This document shows, one piece after another, positions 10,363 through 20,412 of a stretch of DNA of 64,000 bases (position 1 is its first letter; the number at the start of each line of letters is the position of its first letter). Under the pieces are notes generated by a model that was given only the letters and a program-made list of their open reading frames with translations, ran no database searches and was not told the origin of the DNA. Source of the DNA: an uncultured Candidatus Rokubacteria bacterium (GTDB lineage: Bacteria > Methylomirabilota > Methylomirabilia > Rokubacteriales > CSP1-6). The translations under genes were made by a program, and so were the position numbers. The stretch lies in contig CAVWWD010000003.1 in NCBI GenBank assembly GCA_963758635.1, positions 1,018,292 through 1,082,291 of the forward strand, written 5' to 3'.

Positions 10363-11356
10363 CTAGAACTTCACCGGGGCGGGCGGCATCTTGCCGCTCG
10401 CGTAGAGGGCGGGCAACTCGGGCGAGGCGTTCTCCCACACGAGCAGCATCGAGCGCTTCGGCGAGAAGCCACGGTGGCGAATGTCCGCGGGCATCGCCGC
10501 GACGTCGCCCGCCTTCATGGTCACCCGGGCGCGCATGGCGCCCGTCTCCCGGTCCTCCACCTCCCACTGGATCTCGTCGGAGAGCTGCACGAACCACTCG
10601 ACGCGGTCGTTGCCGTGGATGACGGGCAGGATGTACTCCTCCGTGGTCGGGCAGTAGAGGCTCGCCTTGCACACGGAGACCACCGACGGGTTCCACGTCA
10701 CGTCCGAGCGCGAGAGGTAGGCGAAGAGGTTGAAGGACACCACCTCGTCCTCGAAGCCGGGCTCGGGGCGCACGTCCGGCGCGTCCTGCGGCACGTCCGT
10801 GAAGTGGCGGTTGACGGGGAAGCCGTTGTCGTCGGTGCGGACCGGCTCGTCGCCGGGCGCGTTCACCATGCGCCGCGCCGTGACGCGGTGGCGGTTGATC
10901 GCCGCCTTGTTGCTGCCGTTCTTGGGGCCGAAGGCGCTGCCCGTCTCCTGCGGGCTCGCGAACGGATCGAAGGCGGCGTTCGTCCAGTCCTCCAGGATGG
11001 CCTCGAAGGTGCGCTGGATGAGCGGGGTGGTGAAGCGCTCGGTGTGGTCGAGGCCGGCCTTGCGGTAGTGCTCGTTGAACCGGCCGGCGAAGAGGTCGAC
11101 CGAGCCGTAGTGGTTCACCGTGCCCACCACCGCGTCGAAGTTCACGACGCCGTAGAAGAAGCCCCACGCGATGTCGCGCTGGAGCGCGCGCAGGAAGGCG
11201 TCGACGGGCACGAGGTGGTGGCCCTTCGGCCATCGCACCTCGGCGAAGTACTCGTCGCGGCTGAACGCGAAGCTCGCCGAGCGTGAAGCCGCGGTAGCCG
11301 TGGCGGTTGGGCTCGATGGACCCGATCTCGGGAAGATCGCTCGTCGTCTCGCTCAT
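10363..11356 (-). CDS. Hydroquinone 1,2-dioxygenase large subunit (HapD/PnpC2/HqdB-like), frameshifted near 5' end
   Basis: FLRALQRDIAWGFFYGVVNFD, LSRSDVTWNPSV, CPTTEEYILPVIHGNDRVEWF, MPADIRH. Confidence 0.85.
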
Positions 11357-11375
11357 GTGGTTCCTCCTCGCCCGC

Positions 11376-11888
11376 TCAGGCGCCCGGCTGCGGCGACGTC
11401 TGGCAGATCTCGCCCCAGCGCTCGACGGTGTCGGTCCCCGCGAGCGTCTGCAGGAGCACCACGCCCGGCGCGGCGGCGTGGAACTGGTAGGCCGCGCCCA
11501 CGGGCAGGAGCGTCATGTGCCCTCGCCGCGCGCGCACCACGCCCATCCGGCGGCCGGCCGGCGTCCCGGGGAGGCCGATCGACCCCGTGGCGCCCGCGGG
11601 CACGACGCCCGGGTCGGCGAGCTTCAGGAGCCGGATCTCCACCTCGCCGTCCATGACGAGGGCGAACTCGTCCTGGGCCGGCGCGCGCCACCCCGAGGTG
11701 CCCTCCGCGCGGATGGCCTCGATCACGTACTCGATGTTCTTGCCGACGGCGACCTTCTCGTAGGGCCGGGACTTCGACGCCACCTCGAAGATGTTCGAGA
11801 AGACGTAGTTCCGGGCGTCGTCGTTGACGACCTCGACGCCGCCCTTCTCGAAGTGGCGGAGCGAGCCGAACCGCGTGACCTGCTCCAT
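11376..11888 (-). CDS. Hydroquinone 1,2-dioxygenase small subunit (HapC/PnpC1/HqdA-like)
   Basis: FGSLRHFEKGGVEV, YVFSNIFEVA, PYEKVAVGKNIEYVIEA. Lies immediately upstream of the large subunit. Confidence 0.85.
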   Translation of the reverse strand: MEQVTRFGSLRHFEKGGVEVVNDDARNYVFSNIFEVASKSRPYEKVAVGKNIEYVIEAIRAEGTSGWRAPAQDEFALVMDGEVEIRLLKLADPGVVPAGATGSIGLPGTPAGRRMGVVRARRGHMTLLPVGAAYQFHAAAPGVVLLQTLAGTDTVERWGEICQTSPQPGA

Positions 11889-11989
11889 GTGGGCGCCTCC
11901 TGCTTTCGCCGTCGGGGCGCCTTCGCAAGGCTCCGGCGCCCGACGGTCGGGCATGTCAACCGTAGTGCGGTTTGCGGGACATCGCGCAG

Positions 11990-12901
11990 TCAGGCGACTT
12001 CCTTGTTCTCCGCGAAGTCCGCGGGGAGGGGCGGGCCCCAGAGGTAGAGGGCGTCCTCCAGCGCGAAGTCGCGCGGGGCCCAGGCGCAGTCCTCGGGGAT
12101 GTAGTCGAGGTCGTGGAAGTACTCGGCGAAGCCTCCCCACGGATCGCGGATGTAGTAGAAGAAGTTCGAGCCGATGACGTGGCGGCCGAGCCCCCAGCCC
12201 GGTTGCCAGCCGCGGTCCGCCATGTGCGCGGCGCCCGTCGCGATCTCGTCGATGCTCCCGACCTCGAACGACCCGTGATGGAACCCCGGAGCGCTCGAGG
12301 CGAGAAGCGCCAGGTTGTGGTGGTCGGTGTTGCACCTGATGAACGCGATGACGTCGCGCGAGCGGTCGGACAGACGGAGGCCGAGCACGCGCGTGTAGAA
12401 GTCGATCTGACGCTCGAGGTGGGGGGTGAACAGGAGCACGTGGCCGAGCCGCCGGGGCGTCGGCGTCTGGCCGCGCTCCGGGCAGCCGCGCACCGCCTGG
12501 CGCGGCGCGTGCCCCGGCCCGTTGAGCTGCACGGGCGGGTCGGAGGGCACCGCCTCCGCCGCGTCGTCGCGGACGTTGACGAGATGCCCGTCAGGATCGC
12601 GCACCCAGATGCCCCCCTCGGGCGCGCCGCGCGGCGGGTCGATCTCGGAGATGCCGGCGCCGCGCAGGGCCGCGCGCACCGCCGCGAACTCCTCCCCCGG
12701 CGCCCCGAACGCGAGATGGTGCAGGCGCTTGCGCGGCCCGCCGTACAGGAGCACGGTCGCGCGCTCCTGGCGAGACGTGCGAAGCCGGACGGCGTCGCTC
12801 GATCCCGTCGCGTCCACGAGGCCGAAGTCCTGGTAGTAGCGCTGGCCCGTGGTCTGGTCGGGAACCTCCAGCGCGTAGTGGAGCACTGACTTCACGGGCA
12901 T
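11990..12901 (-). CDS. Two-domain VOC-family protein (extradiol dioxygenase/glyoxalase-like)
   Basis: LGHVLL, DHHNLA, FHHGSFEV, GLGRHVIGSNFFYYIRDPWG..E. Confidence 0.85.
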   Translation of the reverse strand: MPVKSVLHYALEVPDQTTGQRYYQDFGLVDATGSSDAVRLRTSRQERATVLLYGGPRKRLHHLAFGAPGEEFAAVRAALRGAGISEIDPPRGAPEGGIWVRDPDGHLVNVRDDAAEAVPSDPPVQLNGPGHAPRQAVRGCPERGQTPTPRRLGHVLLFTPHLERQIDFYTRVLGLRLSDRSRDVIAFIRCNTDHHNLALLASSAPGFHHGSFEVGSIDEIATGAAHMADRGWQPGWGLGRHVIGSNFFYYIRDPWGGFAEYFHDLDYIPEDCAWAPRDFALEDALYLWGPPLPADFAENKEVA

Positions 12902-12920
12902 GCTCAGCTCCTTCGCTTCA

Positions 12921-13017
12921 GTTGTGAAAGAAGACGGATGTCGACGTCAGCGAGCGGGCTGACACCGCGGTTCTGCGAACACGCGCCCGTGCCGTCTCGC
13001 CGCCCATTCACGATCCC
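12921..13017 (-). repeat. Repeat family C copy
   Basis: Reverse complement GATCGTGAATGGGCGGCGAGA...GCAGAACCGCGGTGTCAGCCCGCTCGCTGA...TTCACAAC matches 27441 and 62121. Confidence 0.75.
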
Positions 13018-13018
13018 C

Positions 13019-13948
13019 TCAGGCGTCCTTGATCGTGTTCTCGAGCGTTCCGAGGCCGGTGATCTCGAGGCGGACGGTGTCGCCCGGCTGCAGCGTGACC
13101 TGCGGCTTGCGCGAGAACCCCACGCCGGCGGGCGTACCCGTCGCGATCAAGTCGCCGGGCTCGAGCGTCATGATGCCGGAGAGGTACTCGATGATGTAGC
13201 GCACGTCGAAGATGAAGTTCCGCGTGTTGCCGTTCTGCATGAGGGCGCCGTTGACCCAGGTCTTGAGGTCCAGCACGTGCGGGTCCGGGATCTCCGTGCG
13301 GTCGGCGATGTAGGGGCCCACCGGGGCCAGCGTGTCGCCGATCTTGCCCGCGCCCCACTGCGTGGTGTGGAACTGAAAGTCGCGCGCGCTCACGTCGTTG
13401 ACGATCGTGTAGCCGTAGACGTGGTCGAGGGCCTGCTCGCGCTTCACGTGGCGCGCCGTCCGGCCCATCACCACGCCCAGCTCCACCTCCCAGTCGAGCG
13501 TCTTCTCGCCGCGCGGCCGCAGCACCGGCTCGCCGGGATCCACGATCGTGTTGGCCCACTTGGGGAACACGGGCGGCTGCTTGGGCGCGGGATTGCCGGT
13601 CTCCGCCGCGTGGTCCTTGTAGTTGAGCCCGATGCAGATGAACTTGCCGGGATCCGCGATGGGGGCGTGGAGCCGGACCGAGCCCAGCGCGTGCGTCACG
13701 GCCTCGAAGCGCCCCGCGCGCGACGCGTCCATCATCTGGGCCAGGGCCTCCTGGCTCGCCACGCCGCCTTCCAGGAACCCGCGCGTGCTCGTCGGGAAGA
13801 GCGCGGCGGCGATGGACGCGGCCCGCACCACGTCGCGGCTGGCCAGGTGGGCGGCGTAGCTCGCCGCGAGGTCCATCACGCGGTCGGGGGCGGTGAGGGC
13901 CCCCAGCCGCGGGGCATGACCGTTCTGGGAGAACCTGACGATCTTCAT
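13019..13948 (-). CDS. Fumarylacetoacetate hydrolase family protein
   Basis: ICIGLNYKDHAAE, DWEVELGVV, NDVSARD, TGTPAGVG. RBS AGGAGG upstream. Confidence 0.92.
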   Translation of the reverse strand: MKIVRFSQNGHAPRLGALTAPDRVMDLAASYAAHLASRDVVRAASIAAALFPTSTRGFLEGGVASQEALAQMMDASRAGRFEAVTHALGSVRLHAPIADPGKFICIGLNYKDHAAETGNPAPKQPPVFPKWANTIVDPGEPVLRPRGEKTLDWEVELGVVMGRTARHVKREQALDHVYGYTIVNDVSARDFQFHTTQWGAGKIGDTLAPVGPYIADRTEIPDPHVLDLKTWVNGALMQNGNTRNFIFDVRYIIEYLSGIMTLEPGDLIATGTPAGVGFSRKPQVTLQPGDTVRLEITGLGTLENTIKDA

Positions 13949-14234
13949 GGCGATGACCTCCTGGGGTTCGGGTGACCTCGGGGGCGGATGCGCGAAGGAT
14001 GATAGCACCGCCCCGGGGCCCGGGCCACGGGCCGACGGGCCCGCGGGACCTCCGGCCGGGCTCGGAAGAGGGGGCTTTCCCCGGCGCCCCATCCCCTTGG
14101 TGACCCCCTGGGGTGCTGGTATAGTCACCGGTACTCCAGCGATCGTCCCTCGGTGGGGAGTGGAGTCGGCGGGTGGTGGCGGCTGGGGCGGGAGCGCCCC
14201 GAGACGGAAAAAGGAGCTGAGGAGGAGGCGTCCC

Positions 14235-14615
14235 ATGACGAAGCGACCTCGTTGGCTATGCGCGGTGCTCGCGGTGGTCCTGGCCCTGACGGGCACCCTG
14301 GCCACGTTCCCGGCGGCGGCCGGCGCTCAGATGCCGACCGTGCAGGAGCCGGCGCCGACGAACCTGGAGCCGACGGATGGCGATCGCGCCGGTGCGGTCG
14401 CCATGAACTTCGTGTACGCGCCCGGAAAGGTCATCACGTGCACGGTGGGGACACTCGCCACGACGGTCCTCCTCCTGCTCACGTTCGGCACCGCCTACTC
14501 GGCGGCCAAGAACGTGTTCAACGAGGGCTGCGGCGGCCCCTGGCTGCTCACCGCCGAGGACCTGAGCGGAAAGAATCCCCCGCGCGAGCTGCCCACCAGC
14601 CCGCGCACCCCGTAG
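14235..14615 (+). CDS. Hypothetical exported/membrane protein
   Basis: Strong RBS GGAGGAGG, signal-peptide-like N-terminus, coding-like codon usage. Confidence 0.6.
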   Translation: MTKRPRWLCAVLAVVLALTGTLATFPAAAGAQMPTVQEPAPTNLEPTDGDRAGAVAMNFVYAPGKVITCTVGTLATTVLLLLTFGTAYSAAKNVFNEGCGGPWLLTAEDLSGKNPPRELPTSPRTP

Positions 14616-14653
14616 CCGCGCGAGCAGGCCGCTCGCCCGCGGGAGAGGTTCCC

Positions 14654-15001
14654 TTGCCCCCGCGGCAGGGGCGGGGCAAGCCATGGCTGGTCCCGGCACT
14701 CTATGTGCTGCTTCTCGTCACCTTCGCTGCCGGGATCTGGGGGAGCTATCGCGCCGTCTTCCCGGGGCGCAACCTCTATCGGGCGACCGGGGTGCTGGTC
14801 GCCCGGCCCGGCGACACGATGATCCTGGTCCGCCACGAGGAGGTCTCCGGCCTCATGGACCAGATGCAGTCGATGCTCTTCTTCACCGAGTCCCGTGAGG
14901 TCATCGACCGCGCAAAGCTCAGTCCCGGCGACCGTTTGCGCTTCACCATCAAGACCACCCCCGACAAGCTCCTGGTCGTCGATATCCAGAAGATCCAGTG
15001 A
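14654..15001 (+). CDS. CusF-like copper-binding OB-fold protein (start uncertain)
   Basis: N-terminal TM, then ATGVLV..ILVRHEEVSGLMDQMQSMLF..LSPGDRLRFTI with a His/Met pattern. Confidence 0.55.
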   Translation: MPPRQGRGKPWLVPALYVLLLVTFAAGIWGSYRAVFPGRNLYRATGVLVARPGDTMILVRHEEVSGLMDQMQSMLFFTESREVIDRAKLSPGDRLRFTIKTTPDKLLVVDIQKIQ

Positions 15002-15188
15002 AGATGCGGGGGCGGGAGTCGAAAAGCTTGACGTACCCCGGTCGGAACCGCCGTACCCGCCACGTAACGTCCTGAACTAGCTGCCTCCAGCCGGTTGGCA
15101 CGCCGGCCGCAAGAGATTCGCCCCAGAAGGCCGGGTCTCCGGCGTGGCGTGGCCGGGTCCCACTCCATCTGGCGAGGCGACTTCAGCG

Positions 15189-15578
15189 ATGACAGCATCG
15201 GCCCTGCTCGCGGACCTCTGTGACCGCGGTGTCCGGCTGCGGCTCAGCGAGGACCGGCTCCGCATCCTCATCCCCAAGGCGGTGCTCACGCCCGACCTTC
15301 GCGCCTCGCTCTTGTCGGTCAAGCCCCAGCTCATCCGGATGATCGAGCTGGCCGAGCAGTACCGCCAGCTCCTCCGCGACGGTGTCGCCGCCGAGAACGG
15401 GGACGAAGCCCGGCGACGCTTCGCCGTCCATCAAGCGCGGCTGGTGGACGAGCTTGGCCCGAAGCTCGCGGGCGCCATCGGCGCCATGGAGTCGCGGCGC
15501 GAGGAAGAAGACGGCGCCTGCCCGCGCTGCGAAGGACGCGGGCAGTGCCAGGAGTGCGGCAACACCCCCGAGAGCTAG
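15189..15578 (+). CDS. Hypothetical protein with TubC_N-like N-terminus and C-terminal CxxCxGxGxCxxC zinc knuckle
   Basis: LLADLCDRGVRLRLSEDRLRI..P..LTPDLR..L...K and CPRCEGRGQCQEC. Confidence 0.5.
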   Translation: MTASALLADLCDRGVRLRLSEDRLRILIPKAVLTPDLRASLLSVKPQLIRMIELAEQYRQLLRDGVAAENGDEARRRFAVHQARLVDELGPKLAGAIGAMESRREEEDGACPRCEGRGQCQECGNTPES

Positions 15579-15585
15579 CGCTAGA

Positions 15586-15704
15586 GCGGCTGAAAAGGGC
15601 CCATCTGCTTCGTTGGCGCCCTCGGTCGCACGCTCAACGTAGAGAGACTACGCCTCGCGTGCGCCCATCGGGCGCCGCCTCGCATCTGGACCCTTTTGAG
15701 CCGC
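15586..15704. repeat. ~119-bp nested palindromic MITE/REP-like element
   Basis: Terminal IR GCGGCTGAAAAGGGCCC / GGACCCTTTTGAGCCGC. Inner stems GGCGCCC/GGGCGCC, CGCACGC/GCGTGCG, CGTAG/CTACG. Confidence 0.7.
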
Positions 15705-15723
15705 CTGCGTCGCTGCGGCTCCG

Positions 15724-16101
15724 TCAGCGGCGCGAGAAGGTTCGGATGTAGGCGATCAGGGCGCGGATCTCCGCGTCGGACAGGTGGTAGCCGAACGCGG
15801 GCATTCCCGGCTTTCCGTAGGTCGCGCCCCCATTCTTGACGAGCCCCATCAGATAGTCCTCGCTCGCTCCCGACAGCGACCGCGGGTCGGTGAAATCTCC
15901 GGGTCGCATGAGGAACAGCGTGGCCCGCCATCCGCCGCGGCCGTCGGCGCCGTGGCAGGCCGCGCAGTTCACGAGGTACGCGCGCTGCGTCGGCGTGGCC
16001 GTCCTCGGCACGGGATGGGGCATGAACAGGATCATCGCGACGCTCGCCAGGATCAGGAGAAGGCTGGGACCGATCAGGATGAGGATCCAGGCGCGCCGCA
16101 C
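15724..16101 (-). CDS. Membrane-anchored monoheme cytochrome c
   Basis: CAACHG heme motif, MPAF axial Met, LSDAEIRALIAYIR. Confidence 0.88.
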   Translation of the reverse strand: MRRAWILILIGPSLLLILASVAMILFMPHPVPRTATPTQRAYLVNCAACHGADGRGGWRATLFLMRPGDFTDPRSLSGASEDYLMGLVKNGGATYGKPGMPAFGYHLSDAEIRALIAYIRTFSRR

Positions 16102-16224
16102 GGGCGGGAGGATACCACGCGATGCGCGCGCCTCCCGGCGCCGCGCCGCGCGCGGGGCGCGAATTGACAGCCGCGTCCGGCGGATAGTAGCGTCGAAACG
16201 AGCGCGAGGGCCGCGCTCGACCGC

Positions 16225-17139
16225 ATGCCAAGACTCTTCCTCGCCACCCTCGGCCGCGGGCTCCTCCGCAGCGACGACCTGGGACGGAGCTGGAGCACGG
16301 AGCCCGGGCTTCCCGAAGACAGCCGCCTGCATGCGCTGAGCGCCGGCCCCGGCGAGCTGCTCGTGGGCGGTGACGGCCGCGTCTATCGCTACTCCGAGCG
16401 GACGTGGAGCGAGATGCCGCTGCCTCCCGGCAGCGGCGAGGTCTCGGCCCTCGCCGTGCTGGACAGCGCGATCCTCGCCGGCACGACGCCGCTCGGATTG
16501 CTGCGCTCGGCGGACGGCGGCCGGACGTGGGAGCGCCTCGACTTTCCGCCGGTGCCCTCCACGCCGGAGCGGCGCCCGCGCTTCACCGCGCTCCTGCCCA
16601 GCGCGGCGGTGGCCCAGGAGGTGTGGGCCGCGGCCGAGGTCGGCGGCGTCTTCGCGAGCAGCGACGCGGGCCGCACGTGGACGCCGGCAAGCGACGGCAT
16701 GGCCTCGCTCGACGTTCACGCGCTGGCGTGGTCCTCCGGCGGCGTGCTCGTGGCGTCGACGCCCGCGGGCGTGGTGATCTGGCGGAGCGCGCGGTGGGTC
16801 GCCGGGCAGTTCGAGGGGTCCGACCGCTACTGTCGCGGCCTCGCCGTGCGGCCCGACCATCCCGGCACGCTCTTCTGCGGCTTCGGCGACCGGCCCGCCG
16901 GCGCCCGCGGCGGGATCGCGGTCTCCACGGACGGCGGACGCTCGTGGCGGGCCGCCGCGCTGGCTCCCGCGTCCGGCGAGCCCATCTGGTCGATCGCGGT
17001 CTCGGCGGATGCGCCGGCGTTCGTCTTCGCCTGCTCGCTGGCCGGGCAGTCGTACGTCAGTGACGACGGCGTCGAGAGCTGGCGCGCGGCGGCGGGGGTG
17101 AGGGCGGAGGTCCGCGCCATCGCCTGCATGCCGGAGTGA
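16225..17139 (+). CDS. BNR/Asp-box beta-propeller protein (YCF48/WD40-like)
   Basis: Repeated SxDxGxxW boxes: SDDLGRSW, SADGGRTW, SSDAGRTW, STDGGRSW, SDDGVESW. Confidence 0.8.
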   Translation: MPRLFLATLGRGLLRSDDLGRSWSTEPGLPEDSRLHALSAGPGELLVGGDGRVYRYSERTWSEMPLPPGSGEVSALAVLDSAILAGTTPLGLLRSADGGRTWERLDFPPVPSTPERRPRFTALLPSAAVAQEVWAAAEVGGVFASSDAGRTWTPASDGMASLDVHALAWSSGGVLVASTPAGVVIWRSARWVAGQFEGSDRYCRGLAVRPDHPGTLFCGFGDRPAGARGGIAVSTDGGRSWRAAALAPASGEPIWSIAVSADAPAFVFACSLAGQSYVSDDGVESWRAAAGVRAEVRAIACMPE

Positions 17140-17150
17140 GGAGAGACTCG

Positions 17151-17666
17151 TTGCGCATCATCCTGATGCGGCACGGCGAGGCCGGCCACAGCGATCCGCG
17201 GCGCTGGCCGGACGACCGGGACCGGCCGCTCACCGAGGCCGGTCACGCCGAGCACGGTGCGGTGGCCGACGCCCTCCGGCGCATGGGCCTCACGTTCGAC
17301 CGGCTGCTGTCGAGCCCGCTCGTGCGCGCCCGCCAGACCGCCCGGATCACCGCCGATGCGTACGGCGGGCGGGAGGTCGAGCTGACCGAGGCCCTCGGCG
17401 ACCGCGCCACGCCCGAGGCGTTCCTGGCCCAGCTCCGCCCCCTCGCGGGTGATCACGACGCCGTGCTCTGCGTCGGCCACGAGCCGTTCCTGTCCCGGAT
17501 CGCCGCGTTGCTGATCGCGGGGAGCGACCGCGCGCGTATCGAGATGCCGAAGAGCGGCGTGATCGCGGTCGAGTGCGAGGGCGCGCCCGCGCCCGGGACG
17601 TGCACGCTCCTGTTCCACTTCCGCCCCGGCGACCTCACCCGCCTCAGCCGGCCCACTCGATCCTGA
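17151..17666 (+). CDS. sixA: Phosphohistidine phosphatase SixA-like
   Basis: MRHGEA, DRPLTEAG, SSPLVRARQTA, VGHEPFL. Confidence 0.85.
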   Translation: MRIILMRHGEAGHSDPRRWPDDRDRPLTEAGHAEHGAVADALRRMGLTFDRLLSSPLVRARQTARITADAYGGREVELTEALGDRATPEAFLAQLRPLAGDHDAVLCVGHEPFLSRIAALLIAGSDRARIEMPKSGVIAVECEGAPAPGTCTLLFHFRPGDLTRLSRPTRS

Positions 17667-19230
17667 CGCAGCCCGTGGCGACGGTCGTGGCCGGCGCTCC
17701 GCCGGGGGCCATGCCGGCCGCGACGAGCGCGTCCACGGCCTGTCGGTGCCGGAGGTTCCACTCGAACCACCGGCACGAGGCGACGCGCGAGCGGGCCGCG
17801 TAGCGCTCGCGGAGCCCCTCGCGAAGGGCGGGAACCGCGTCGGCCGCGCGCGTGAGGGTGGGCACGCCGTTCGGCGACAGCGACCAGACCAGGGACGGAG
17901 CGTCGAGCCGGCCCGTGGCGGCGTGGCGGGCGAGGTTCGCCCGCGCGATCCACGCCTCGTGGTTCCAGTAGGACAGGAGGACGACGCGGCTCATGCGCTC
18001 ACCGCCTCGGGCAGGCCGGCGGCCCTCCGGGACTCAGCCCTTCACGCTCGCGGTCGGCGGGAGTGGGAGGGGAGGAGGGCGACGAAGGCGAGGGCGCCCA
18101 GCGCCAGCACCCGCCGCACGAGCCGGGCGGCGTCGACGCCGCGGCGCCAGCCTCCGCGGCGAGGAGCGCCACGCCGAGCGCCATGACGACCATGTAGGCC
18201 TGGGCGTGGAGCCGCGTCGTCGTGAAGCCGTAGGCCGCCTCGTAGAGGCTCGCGCGGCGGAAGGCGGACGCGAGGAGCAGCGTCATCTCCGCCACGAGGA
18301 CGAGCGAGACGGCGCGCACCGACGGCCTCCCGCGCGCCGCGCGCGGCGTGCCGCTCGAGGCCCAGGAGGAGCAGCGTGCCGAGGGTCACGACGACGTGAG
18401 CTCCGCGAACCCGCGGCGCGCGTACTCCGCGAACGTGATGCCGCTGCCCGCGACGGCGGCGGGATTGCCGAAGAGGTACGCGAGCTGGAGCGCGAAGAAC
18501 GTGGTGAAGAGCGCCACCACGGAGGCGACCACGATGAGGCGCTCGACGTTGCGCGAAGCGGGCGGCGGGAGCGGGCGGGCCCGCGGGCGGCGCCGGCGCG
18601 GCGCGCAGGACGGCGCCGAGCGCGCCGAGGGCAAGGACGAGGACGCAGAGGAAGAACGTCGTGCGGGGGAGGAAGGCGAGGCGCTCGAGCGCGTGGGCGA
18701 TGCCGTCGCGCAGGTCGCCGAGCACGGGGTCGGCGCCGCCGAGGATGCTGCCGAGGGTCCCGACCACGACGAGGGCGGCGGCGCCGCCCCGGACCACGGG
18801 CCGCCAGCGGGTGCCGCCGAGGGCGTCGGCGAGAGCGCCGATGCGGCGGCTGCGCCTCGCCCACCGCCCGGATCGCGGTGACGGGCGCGGCGGTGAGGAG
18901 GCGCGGCGGCGTGATCCGCTCGGGCCGCGGGTCGCTCGGTGAGGCGCACCGCGGCGCCCAGCAGGACGACGACGCCGACGCCGGCCCAGAAGTGGAAGCT
19001 GCGATCGGCGGTCACCGCGACGCTGACGGCAGGAGGCACGCGAGGACGCCGAGCGCGCTCCGGACGCCCGGCCGGTGATCCGACGACGCTGGCCGAACGT
19101 CACGCCCGCGGCCACGGCGCCGACGGTCCAGAGTCCCCAGCTCAGCCCGGCCGTCGCGTCGTAGAGGGTCCAGGCGGCGAGGGCGGCGAGCCCGACGGCG
19201 GTCAGCCAGAGACGCGACGACGCGGCTCAT
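17644..19230 (-). CDS. DUF4173/DUF4153-like multi-pass membrane protein, heavily frameshifted
   Basis: Fragments [25 protein letters not shown] and [14 protein letters not shown] in different frames. Confidence 0.6.
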
Positions 19231-19973
19231 GCGCTCACCGTCGCGGGCAGGCCGCCGAAGCGACGCTGCCGCTTCCTGAACCGGGCCACCGCCGCGGCGA
19301 GGTCGCGCGCGCCCGAAGTCCGGCCACGGGCGCGCCACGAACAGGAGCTCCGCGTACGCGCTCTCCCACAGCAGGAAGTCGCTGAGGCGCTGCTCGCCGC
19401 CGGTGCGGATCAAGAGGTCCACGTCGGGCGCTCGGCCGGCGCGCGCGCCCTCGGCGAGGCGGCGCGCGAAGGCCTCGCGCGTGGCGCGCGGTCGCGGCCC
19501 GAGGCGCCGCGCGGCGTCGAGGATCGCGTCGCGCCCCGAGTAGTCGATGGCCAGGCGCAGGCGCGAGCGCCCGGCCACGGGCGGTCAGCGCTTCCGCGCG
19601 CTCCATGGCCGCGCCGGAGCGTCGCGGGCAGCCGGTCCCGGCGCCCGATGACGGACAGGCGGATGTCCCGCTCGGCGAGGGCGCGGTCGTGAGCGGCGAG
19701 GAACCGCGCGGAAGATCGCGAGGAGCGCTCTGCACCTCGGCCCGCGGCCGCTTCCAGTTGTCGGCGGAGAAGGCGAAGAGGGTGAGGGTACCGATGCCGA
19801 GGGCAGGCGCGCGCTCGACGACGCCTCGCACCGCCGCCGCGCCCGCGCCGGTGGCCGGCCGACGCGCGGGAGCCCCGCGCCGTCGCCCAGCGGCCGTTGC
19901 CGTCCATGATGATCGCCACGTGCAGGCCGTGCGGCGCGATGCGGCGAGAGCGGATGCAAGAAGAACTTTTCAT
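19227..19973 (-). CDS. uppS: cis-prenyltransferase / undecaprenyl diphosphate synthase, frameshifted
   Basis: [49 protein letters not shown]. Confidence 0.85.
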
Positions 19974-19981
19974 TACAAAGT
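19965..19981. promoter_or_regulatory. Palindromic operator candidate ACTTT-N7-AAAGT overlapping the uppS start
   Basis: AT-rich ACTTTTCATTACAAAGT in a GC-rich context. A related site lies at 21069-21086. Confidence 0.5.
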
Positions 19982-20007
19982 ATCTCCTCAAAAAAAGGGT
20001 GCCGGGG

Positions 20008-20412
20008 TCAGCGCGTCAGGGTGTCGCGAGTCGCGCGGATGAGGGCCTCCATGTGGTCCAGGTAGCGCGCGAGCTCGCGCCGGCCGCGCGGCGGTGATCC
20101 GGTACTCCGTCTTCGGCCGCCGGCCCTCGAAGCTCTTGGTGCACGTGATGTACTGGGCGTCCTCGAGCTTGCGCGCGTGGACCGACAGGTTGCCGTCGGT
20201 GGTGTCCATCAGCGCCTTGAGCGCGTTGAAGGTGAGCGACTCGGCGGCGGCGAGCGCGCTCACGATCCCGAGGCGCAGCCGGTGGTGGACGAGGCTGTCG
20301 AGCGTCGCGGGGCTCGGCGTCGGCGCGCGCGGCCGCGCCACCGCCGCGGAGCGGCGGGCGGCCGCGGCTCGCGCCGCTCCGTCCGCTTGCGCGCGGCTGC
20401 GCCCTCAGCCAC
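20008..20412 (-). CDS. Winged-helix transcriptional regulator (MarR/ArsR-like, HTH_34 type), frameshifted
   Basis: LDSLVHHRLRLGIVSAL, TDGNLSVHARKLEDAQYI, KTEYRIT. Confidence 0.85.
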
